Assembly: GCA_046566325.1 (NCBI GenBank)
Contig: JBKHWX010000094.1
Coordinates: 1 to 46,737 of the forward strand
Origin: Actinomycetes bacterium
GTDB taxonomy: Bacteria > Actinomycetota > Actinomycetes > Actinomycetales > BWSM-131
Direction: 5' to 3'
Length of the DNA stretch: 46,737 nucleotides
The translations under genes were made by a program, and so were the position numbers. Of this stretch, positions 16,870 through 23,759 are shown in pieces (the first letter of the stretch is position 1; the number at the start of each line of letters is the position of its first letter). The notes beneath the pieces are model-generated. The model ran no database searches. It was not told where the DNA came from and was given only the letters and a program-made list of their open reading frames with translations.

Positions 16870-18561
16870 TCAGGGCTCCGAACCTCCGGTGTCCACCGCG
16901 ACGCCCTCGACCCTGCGCGTGCGACGCCGGCGCCGGCCCGCGCCGTCGCCCTGTGAGGTCGTGGCCGCGGGCCCGTTGCCCTGGTCGCCCTCGGCCGCAG
17001 CGTGACCGTCGACGGGGCCTTCGACGGGACGCCCGCCCCGAGTGCGTCGCCGCGTCCGCGTCCGCGGGCGCTGTTCGCGCGGCTCCTCCTGTCCCTCGTC
17101 GCGGCCCGGGCCGTGCCCCTCGCCGTGTCCAGCGCGATGCCGGTCGCCGCGTCGCGACCGTTCGCCGTCCCGCTCCCGCGAGCGATGCCGTCCACCGGTC
17201 TCGCCGAGGTCTTCGACAGCCTCGGCCGCCAGGCCCGCGCGCGTGCGCTCGGCGCGGGGTAGGACCCCCTTCGTGCCCTCGGGGATGTCCAGGTCCGAGT
17301 AGAGGTGCGGTGAGGTCGAGTAGGTCTCGACCGGTGCGGGGATGCCGAGGGCCAGCGCCTTGTCGACGAGGCTCCACCGCGGGACGTCGTCCCAGTCGAC
17401 GAACGTGACCGCGGTGCCCTTCTTGCCCGCTCGTCCCGTGCGGCCGATCCGGTGGACGTAGATCTTCTCGTCCTCGGGGCACTGGTAGTTGACGACGTGC
17501 GTCACGTCGTCCACGTCGATGCCCCGCGCAGCGACGTCGGTGGCGACGAGCACGTCGACCTTGCCGCGACGGAAGGCGCGAAGAGCCTGCTCGCGCGCCG
17601 CCTGCCCGAGGTCGCCGTGGATCGCGGCGGCGGCGAAGCCGCGGTCGGCGAGCTCCTCGGCGACCTTCGCGGCGGTGCGCTTGGTCCTCGTGAACACGAT
17701 GGTGAGGCCTCGCCCCCGGGCCTGCAGGAGGCGGGCCAGCACCTCGGCCTTGTCGAGCGAGTGCGCCCGGTAGACGAACTGGGCGGTGGTCTTGACGGTC
17801 GGGCTGACGTCGTCCGGCTCGGAGGCCCGGATGTGCGTCGGCTGGCTCATGTAGCGGCGTGCCATCGCGACGACGGGCCCTGGCATGGTCGCCGAGAAGA
17901 GCATCGTGTGACGGTCCTCGGGCGTCTGGGCGAGGATCCGCTCGACGTCGGGCAGGAACCCCAGGTCCAGCATCTCGTCGGCCTCGTCCAGGACGACGGT
18001 CCGCACCGAGGCGAGGGACAGGTGGCCCTGCTGGGCGAGGTCGAGGAGGCGGCCGGGCGTCCCGACGACGACCTCGACCCCCGCGTGCAGCGTCTCGATC
18101 TGCGGCTCGTAGGCACGGCCTCCGTAGACGGTGAGGACCCGGGCCGGGCGCAGCGACGCGGCCTGCTCCAGGTCGGCGGCCACCTGCACGGCGAGCTCAC
18201 GCGTGGGGACGACGACCAGCGCCTGGGGGCGGCCCGCAGCCTTCATCCGGTCGTACCCGTCCTCGCCGGGGCCCCTGACGTGCTGCAGCAGGGGGAGTCC
18301 GAACCCCAAGGTCTTGCCGGTGCCGGTCTTGGCCTGCCCGATGATGTCGTGGCCGGCGAGCGCCACCGGGAGCGTCAGAGCCTGGATCGGGAACGGGTGG
18401 GTGATCCCCGCCCGCGCGAGGGCCTCGACGAGGAGCGGGTCGACGTCGAAGTCGGCGAACGTACGCCCGGAGGTCGCGTCGTCCGCCTCGGGACCCGAGG
18501 CGGCAGGGTCGGCAGGCACCGGCCCTGCCGAGGCTGAGGTCGGATGGTCGGTAACGGTCAC
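16870..18561 (-). CDS. rhlE: DEAD-box ATP-dependent RNA helicase with an Arg/Gly-rich C-terminal tail
   Basis: The Q-motif 'FADFDV...GITHPFPIQ' is present, with 'AKTGTGKT', 'PTRELA', 'VLDEADEMLD', 'SAT', 'ARGID' and 'HRIGRTGRAG'. GTG 18561 is preceded by GAGG 7 nt upstream. The symbol is given by analogy only. Confidence 0.92.
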   Translation of the reverse strand: MTVTDHPTSASAGPVPADPAASGPEADDATSGRTFADFDVDPLLVEALARAGITHPFPIQALTLPVALAGHDIIGQAKTGTGKTLGFGLPLLQHVRGPGEDGYDRMKAAGRPQALVVVPTRELAVQVAADLEQAASLRPARVLTVYGGRAYEPQIETLHAGVEVVVGTPGRLLDLAQQGHLSLASVRTVVLDEADEMLDLGFLPDVERILAQTPEDRHTMLFSATMPGPVVAMARRYMSQPTHIRASEPDDVSPTVKTTAQFVYRAHSLDKAEVLARLLQARGRGLTIVFTRTKRTAAKVAEELADRGFAAAAIHGDLGQAAREQALRAFRRGKVDVLVATDVAARGIDVDDVTHVVNYQCPEDEKIYVHRIGRTGRAGKKGTAVTFVDWDDVPRWSLVDKALALGIPAPVETYSTSPHLYSDLDIPEGTKGVLPRAERTRAGLAAEAVEDLGETGGRHRSRERDGERSRRGDRHRAGHGEGHGPGRDEGQEEPREQRPRTRTRRRTRGGRPVEGPVDGHAAAEGDQGNGPAATTSQGDGAGRRRRRTRRVEGVAVDTGGSEP

Positions 18562-18765
18562 GTAGTGCCTCGTGCTTCTGCTTGGCGGGGCCTCACGCCT
18601 GGCCGGATGCCGGCGGGCCGCTCCGCGTCTGGTCGGGGCCGATCGGGCTTCCGACCGGGCACACCGCGAACCAGCCAAGTTTAGCCCGCAAGTACGGTCC
18701 TGCTCGCCACGCGCCGTCCCCGCGCGTCACCCAGAGCCACCTCGGCCCGTTTTCGCCGTGGTTTC

Positions 18766-19476
18766 ATGAGCGTCATGACCGACACGCCGAGCTCTGACGA
18801 CGCCTCCACCGCAGGTGCCTCCGGCGCCTCCCAGGGGGTCGTCGACCTGCTCGGCGCGCTCGCGTACGGGGAGCTGACCGCGTTCGTCCGGCTGGCGGGC
18901 GACGCGGAGCTCGCCCCGACCCTCCCCGAGAAGTGGGCACTGGGCCGCATGGCGGTCACCGAGTTCGGGCACTTCGAGCTGCTGCGTCGGCGCCTGCAGG
19001 ACCTCGGGACCGACCCCGAGCAGGCGATGCAGCCCTTCGTGGCGCCGGTCGACGCGTTCCACGAGCGGACGACGCCCAGCGACTGGCTCGAGGGGCTGGT
19101 GAAGGCGTATGTCGGAGATGGCATCGCCACCGACTTCTACCGCGAGATCTCCGCCTACGTCGACGACGACACGAGGACCCTCGTGCACGCCGTCCTGGAC
19201 ACCGCCCGGCACTCCGAGTTCGTCGTCGCTGCCGTGCGCGGCGCCATCCAGGCCGACCCCCGCGTCGCCGGCCGCCTCGCCCTCTGGGGACGGCGCCTCG
19301 TCGGTGAGGCGCTGAGCCAGGCCCAGCGCGTGGCCGCGGACCGTGACGGGCTCACCGGCCTGCTCGTCGGAGGTGCCGGCAGACCGGGGGCGGACCTCGC
19401 CGAGATCGGCCGCATGTTCACCCGCATCACCGAGGCGCACACCGCCCGGATGGAGCGGCTGGGCCTGACCGCCTGA
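18766..19476 (+). CDS. Ferritin-like-fold protein (conserved actinobacterial partner of the DEAD-box helicase locus)
   Basis: 'LGALAYGELTAFVRLAGDAELAP...AVTEFGHFELLRRRL' and 'VLDTARHSEFVVAAV' give paired E...E/H helix motifs of a di-iron ferritin-like fold. Confidence 0.75.
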   Translation: MSVMTDTPSSDDASTAGASGASQGVVDLLGALAYGELTAFVRLAGDAELAPTLPEKWALGRMAVTEFGHFELLRRRLQDLGTDPEQAMQPFVAPVDAFHERTTPSDWLEGLVKAYVGDGIATDFYREISAYVDDDTRTLVHAVLDTARHSEFVVAAVRGAIQADPRVAGRLALWGRRLVGEALSQAQRVAADRDGLTGLLVGGAGRPGADLAEIGRMFTRITEAHTARMERLGLTA

Positions 19477-19493
19477 CCGTCCCCGGACGACGA

Positions 19494-19534
19494 ACAGCCG
19501 CGCCTGCGGCCGGAAGGGCCGAAGGCGCGGCTGT
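19494..19534. terminator. Candidate bidirectional stem-loop between convergent genes
   Basis: ACAGCCGCGCC (19494-19504) pairs perfectly with GGCGCGGCTGT (19524-19534) across a 19-nt loop. It lies between the ferritin-like (+) and GlsB (-) stop codons. There is no U-tract. Confidence 0.4.
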
Positions 19535-19577
19535 AGGGCATGGGACGGGTTGCTTCGGGGTGGGGCGGCTGCTGGGG

Positions 19578-19865
19578 TCAGCGGACGGACTTGCGCCCCG
19601 AGGCTCCGGCGTAGATGGAGACGAGGATGGCGGCGACGATGATGCTGATGATCCAGCGGATCCAGTCGATCCCGCCGGTCGTGCTGCCCATCCTGAAGCC
19701 GTTGCCGCTGATCAGGCCCCACAGGAAGTAGCCGATCAGCGCGCCGATGATGCCCAGCACGATGGTCGCGACGATGCTGATGTTCTGCCTGCCCGGGAGC
19801 ACCAGCCGCGCCAGTGCTCCGATGATGGCGCCGAAGATGATCGTGCCGATGATGGTGGCGATCAT
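19578..19865 (-). CDS. GlsB/YeaQ/YmgE-family stress-response membrane protein
   Basis: 'IIGTIIFGAIIGALARLVLPGRQNISIVATIVLGIIGALIG' is the transglycosylase-associated (GlsB) family signature. A strong GAGGAGGAG lies upstream. Confidence 0.9.
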   Translation of the reverse strand: MIATIIGTIIFGAIIGALARLVLPGRQNISIVATIVLGIIGALIGYFLWGLISGNGFRMGSTTGGIDWIRWIISIIVAAILVSIYAGASGRKSVR

Positions 19866-20026
19866 GATGCTCTGCTCCTCCTCGAGGGCTGGTCCTTAGC
19901 CCTTGCTAGCCCTTGCGCTGTCGACGATCATCGACGTATCGAGCGTGCCACGCCCGGGGCAGGACCGCCACGCGAAGATCGACAGCAGCCCTTCGGGCGG
20001 CTGCAAAAGAAGCGTGCAGCGAGTCC

Positions 20027-20251
20027 TCAGCCCACTCCGAAGCCGACCCGCCGGGTCTCCTCGACGCCGATCTCGACGTAGGCGAGCGAGGTCGTCGGCA
20101 CGACGACGAGCCGGCCCTTGTCGTCGGTGAGCCGCAGGCTCGGCGCGCCCGCCAGTGCCGCGTCCACCGCCTCGGCGACCTGCTCCGGTGTCTGTGACGA
20201 CTCGAGCACGATCTCCCGGCTGACGTTCTGCACGCCGATCTTGACCTCCAC
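20027..20251 (-). CDS. DUF3107-family protein
   Basis: 'MEVKIGVQNVSREIVLES...LRLTDDKGRLVVVPTTSLAYVEIG' matches the small conserved actinobacterial DUF3107 protein (TB9.4-like, from memory). Confidence 0.88.
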   Translation of the reverse strand: MEVKIGVQNVSREIVLESSQTPEQVAEAVDAALAGAPSLRLTDDKGRLVVVPTTSLAYVEIGVEETRRVGFGVG

Positions 20252-20289
20252 GGCCGTCCTTTCGTTGTCGCCTCAGAGAGGCGGCAAAT

Positions 20290-20931
20290 CTAGCCGTCGG
20301 CCTCCCGAAGGCCGGCGTCGGCCTTCGGGAACCCCCCGAGCCCGCGCCACGAGATCTGGGCGATCAGACGCGCCGCCTCGTCCCGGGGGATGCTCCGGCC
20401 CGTCTGCAGCCAGTAGCGCGCGGTGACCTGCGCCATGCCCGCGAGCGCCATCCCGAGCAGCTCCGCCTCGCCCCGCTCCAGCCCCGCGTCCTCCTGGATC
20501 ACTTCGGCGATCGCCCTCGCGCAGGAGCGCTCGACCCGGTCCACGCGCTCGCGGACGCCGGCGTCGTTCGTCAGGTCCGACTCGAAGACGAGGCGGAAGG
20601 GAGCGTCCTCCCGGTCGACGAACCGGAAGTAGGCGGCGATGGTCGCCGCGACGCGCAGCTTGTTGTCGCTCGTGGACGACAGCGCCGCCCGGACGTCGTC
20701 CAGCAGCTCTGCGACGTGCTGGTCGAGGATGGCGAGGTAGAGGTCGAGCTTGCCGGGGAAGTGCTGGTACAGGACGGGCTTGCTCACACCCGCGCGTTCG
20801 GCGATCTCGTCCATCGCGGCACCGTGGTAGCCGTTGCAGACGAAGACCTCCTGCGCCGCGGCGAGCAGCTGTGCCCTTCTTGCGCTGCGCGGCAGGCGCG
20901 CTCCTCGTGCCCGGGTGTCTTCCGTGGTCAC
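20290..20931 (-). CDS. TetR/AcrR-family transcriptional regulator
   Basis: The HTH is 'LLAAAQEVFVCNGYHGAAMDEIAERAGVSKPVLYQHFPGKLDLY'. GTG 20931 is preceded by GAGGAGGGA with a 5-nt spacer. Confidence 0.9.
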   Translation of the reverse strand: MTTEDTRARGARLPRSARRAQLLAAAQEVFVCNGYHGAAMDEIAERAGVSKPVLYQHFPGKLDLYLAILDQHVAELLDDVRAALSSTSDNKLRVAATIAAYFRFVDREDAPFRLVFESDLTNDAGVRERVDRVERSCARAIAEVIQEDAGLERGEAELLGMALAGMAQVTARYWLQTGRSIPRDEAARLIAQISWRGLGGFPKADAGLREADG

Positions 20932-21021
20932 GGGCGTCCCTCCTCGTCGCCGCCCAGGACGGGCACGCCGTGCGACGGGTGCCGCCGCCGGCCGGAGCAT
21001 CTTACCGGCCAGTAGGGCGAG

Positions 21022-21312
21022 TCAGGCCTCCTCGAGCGCCTCGCCGAAGTCGTGCAGCACCTTGTTGCGCCGGCTCGCGGCCAGCAGATGTCCGGCCGCC
21101 AGCACGCCGGCGATCGGCCACTCGAGCGCGCCCACGACGGCCAGCAGACCGACGCCGCCGAGGAAGGCCAGCTCGTTCGTCGGTGGCAGCTCGATCGTGC
21201 CGACCACGGGCACCTGGACGCGGACCGTGTTGCGGTCCGTGGCCTTCTGCGCGGCTCGTCGACCGCCACCGGGTTGCGTGCTTGCGGGGAGCGCCGAGGT
21301 CTGCGCCGTCAT
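21022..21312 (-). CDS. Small membrane protein P1 (96 aa), paralog-like to 23388..23735 and 28298..28657
   Basis: ATG 21312 has GGAAGGGA 9 nt upstream. Third positions are G/C-rich. The core 'IELPPTNELAFLGGVGLLAVVGALEWPIAGVLAAG' has one hydrophobic helix. Confidence 0.6.
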   Translation of the reverse strand: MTAQTSALPASTQPGGGRRAAQKATDRNTVRVQVPVVGTIELPPTNELAFLGGVGLLAVVGALEWPIAGVLAAGHLLAASRRNKVLHDFGEALEEA

Positions 21313-21335
21313 GCCGCACCGTCCCTTCCGGACCT

Positions 21336-21414
21336 CGTCGCATGCTCGAATGCGACGTCCCTCCCAGGGTAAGTACGCGTCGGCGAGGTCGCATCGAGTC
21401 GAAATCGAGTCGAA
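21336..21414. promoter_or_regulatory. Repeat-rich divergent control region (inverted repeat plus 11-bp tandem direct repeat)
   Basis: CGTCGCAT-gctcga-ATGCGACG lies at 21336-21357, with an 8-bp perfect stem. ATCGAGTCGAA is repeated twice in tandem at 21393-21414, preceded by a third GTCGCAT. A TAAGTA -10-like hexamer lies at about 21370. Confidence 0.4.
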
Positions 21415-21433
21415 GAGGAAGCGGGCGACCAGA

Positions 21434-23287
21434 GTGACACAGCCCGCCGGTGGCACGGGACGGTCCGCTGGGCCGAAGGCAGGCGGATCGCAGCGCCGGG
21501 ACACGCAGCGCGGGAACCAGCACAGCCAGGGCCAGCACAGCCAGAACCAACAGCACCAGGACCAGCACCACCGACACACGCACCGCCAGGACCACCACCG
21601 CCTACCGGTGCTGCAGGGGGTGCTGCCCCTCGACAGGGCGCACCTGCCGGCCGACCTGCTGGCCGGCGTGACGCTCGCCGCCCTCGGCATCCCGGAGGTC
21701 CTCGGCTACGCCAAGATCGCGGGTATGCCGGTCGTCACCGGCCTCTACACGATCCTCCTGCCGATGGCGGTGTTCGCGCTGCTGGGCTCCTCGCGGCACC
21801 TCGTGGTCGGCGCCGACTCGGCCACGGCGGCCATCCTCGCAGCAGGTCTCGCGGGTGTGGGTGTGGCCACCGGCTCGAGCAGGTACGTCTCCCTCGCCGG
21901 CCTGGCGGCGCTGATCACCGGAGGTCTGCTGCTGCTGGCGAGGGTCGTCCGGCTCGGCTTCCTCGCGAACTTCCTCTCCCGCACGGTCCTGGTCGGGTTT
22001 CTCACCGGCGTGGGTGTCCAGGTCGCCGCCGGGCAGGTGGGCGAGATGCTCGGCGTGGACGGCGCAGGGCACGGGACGATCGGCAAGCTGACCGCCGTCG
22101 CCCGGCACATCAGCGGCACGAACGCCGCGACCGTCGTCGTGTCAGCCGCCGTCGTCGTCCTCGTCGTGGGCATGCGGTACGTGACGCGACGCGTGCCCGG
22201 GGCGCTGATCGCCGTGGTAGGGGGCATCGCCGTCGGCCGGTACGGACATCTGCAGGCGCACGGCGTCCGCATTCTCGGCCCGGTTCCGAAGGGCCTGCCC
22301 CACCTTGCGCTCCCCACTCTCAGCCTGACCGCGGCCACAGGCCTGGTGGGCACCGCCGTGTCGATGTTCGTCGTCGTCCTCGCGCAGAGCTCTGCCACCT
22401 CACGTGCCTACGCGGCACGCTATGGGGAGAGCTTCGACGAGAACACCGATCTCGTCGGTCTCGGCGCCGCGAACATCGCGGCCGCGGCCACGGGAACGTT
22501 CGTCGTCAACGGCAGCCCGACCAAGACCGAGATGGTGGACGGCGCGGGGGGCCGCAGCCAGGTGTCACAGCTGACGACGTCCCTCGTCGTCCTCGTCGTC
22601 CTGCTGTTCCTGACCGGGCCGCTGGCCTACCTGCCGCTCGCCGTTCTCGCCACGATCGTCTTCCTCATCGGGGTCGAGCTGGTCGCCGTCCGCAGCATGC
22701 GACAGATCCTTGCGGTGCGCCGAAGCGAGTTCGTCGTCGCGCTGCTCACCGCCGCTGCCGTCGTCCTCGTGGGTGTCGAGCAGGCGATCGTCTTCGCGAT
22801 CCTCGCTTCGATCGTCGACCATCTCCGCCACAGCTACGACCCGCGCAGCACGGTTCTCGTGCCCACCGCCGAGGGCCACTGGAAGTCCGTCCCCGCGGGT
22901 CCCGGTCAACGGACGTCCGGGAGCCTGCTGATCTTCCGTTTCGGCTCCAGCCTCTACTACGCGAACGCCCACGAGCTGCTGCGCGACGTCAGACGGTTCG
23001 TGCAGGACGGTGAGACGCTCACCGTGTTCTGTCTGGACGCGGTGGCGGTCGGGGACGTCGACTTCACCGCGGGCGCGGCGCTGCGGCGCGTCCACGACAC
23101 GCTGCACGGGGCCGGCGTCCGGCTCGTCTTCTCGGAGGTGGCGGAGCCGGTTCGCAAGGAGCTGGACCGCTACGGGATCACCGCGCTGGTCGGTGCCGAC
23201 GCGTACTACCCGGCCCTGGCCGACGTCCTCGCAGCCTTCGCGCCGTCTCCACGCGTGGCGGACGAGGGCGCCTCGGCAGAAACCTGA
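21434..23287 (+). CDS. SulP-family anion transporter with a C-terminal STAS domain
   Basis: 'DLLAGVTLAALGIPEVLGYAKIAGMPVVTGLYT', multiple TM segments and a STAS-like C-terminus ('LLIFRFGSSLYYANAHELLRDV...DVDFTAGAALRRVHDTLHGAGVRLVFSEV') are present. The start is ambiguous. GTG 21434 adds a His/Gln-rich extension, and GTG 21608 gives a conventional N-terminus. Confidence 0.88.
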   Translation: MTQPAGGTGRSAGPKAGGSQRRDTQRGNQHSQGQHSQNQQHQDQHHRHTHRQDHHRLPVLQGVLPLDRAHLPADLLAGVTLAALGIPEVLGYAKIAGMPVVTGLYTILLPMAVFALLGSSRHLVVGADSATAAILAAGLAGVGVATGSSRYVSLAGLAALITGGLLLLARVVRLGFLANFLSRTVLVGFLTGVGVQVAAGQVGEMLGVDGAGHGTIGKLTAVARHISGTNAATVVVSAAVVVLVVGMRYVTRRVPGALIAVVGGIAVGRYGHLQAHGVRILGPVPKGLPHLALPTLSLTAATGLVGTAVSMFVVVLAQSSATSRAYAARYGESFDENTDLVGLGAANIAAAATGTFVVNGSPTKTEMVDGAGGRSQVSQLTTSLVVLVVLLFLTGPLAYLPLAVLATIVFLIGVELVAVRSMRQILAVRRSEFVVALLTAAAVVLVGVEQAIVFAILASIVDHLRHSYDPRSTVLVPTAEGHWKSVPAGPGQRTSGSLLIFRFGSSLYYANAHELLRDVRRFVQDGETLTVFCLDAVAVGDVDFTAGAALRRVHDTLHGAGVRLVFSEVAEPVRKELDRYGITALVGADAYYPALADVLAAFAPSPRVADEGASAET

Positions 23288-23387
23288 GCGAGAGCGGCTT
23301 TCTCTGCGAAGTCCTTTGGCGCGTAACGGGAATGCCCGGAACCGGCGAGGGTAGTTCTCCGTTGGGAGTTCGATAGAGGAGGCAGCC

Positions 23388-23735
23388 ATGGCAACGTCGA
23401 ACGACAAGGCCAGCGAAACGAGCACCCAGGACAGGGCAGGCCAGACGGAGACCTCCGGCAGCGCCGGCACCCAGACCGGGACCGCGCAGGTCGAGGCTCG
23501 GGCCAGCGCCGGTGAGCAGACCGTCGGCCTTGGCGTCGGCATGAGGGCGCCCTTGCCGAGCAACGTCCAGGTGGACCCGAAGCGGCTGCTGTGGTTCGGC
23601 GGCCTCGTGGCGGTCGGGGCCCTCGGCGTCCTGGAGTGGCCGGTCGTCGCCGCCGTCGGCGTAGGCAGCTACGTCGCCGAGCAGTTCGCGAAGAGCGACC
23701 GGAAGCAGAGGACGCAGACGGCCTCCGCGCAGTAG
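23388..23735 (+). CDS. Small membrane protein P2 (115 aa), paralog-like to P1 and P3
   Basis: A strong GAGGAGG lies 6 nt upstream of ATG 23388. The N-terminus is Ser/Thr/Gln-rich and disordered, followed by 'VQVDPKRLLWFGGLVAVGALGVLEWPVVAAVGVG'. Confidence 0.75.
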   Translation: MATSNDKASETSTQDRAGQTETSGSAGTQTGTAQVEARASAGEQTVGLGVGMRAPLPSNVQVDPKRLLWFGGLVAVGALGVLEWPVVAAVGVGSYVAEQFAKSDRKQRTQTASAQ

Positions 23736-23759
23736 CGGCGACGTCGCGGGAGGCAGCAC

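Noticed and set aside
19985-20010. A hairpin GCAGCC...GGCTGC followed by AAAAGAAG, considered as the terminator of the DUF3107 gene.
   Set aside because: On the minus strand, which is the gene's strand, the T-tract precedes rather than follows the stem. On the plus strand there is no U-tract. This is not a convincing intrinsic terminator.
21002-21598. A minus-strand ORF whose N-terminus (VVLAVRVSVVLVLVLLVLAVLALAVLV) looks like a transmembrane or signal segment.
   Set aside because: It is the reverse complement of the CAG/CAC-rich His/Gln segment upstream of SulP. The rest of the ORF is Arg/Pro shadow and overlaps the better-supported P1 gene out of frame.
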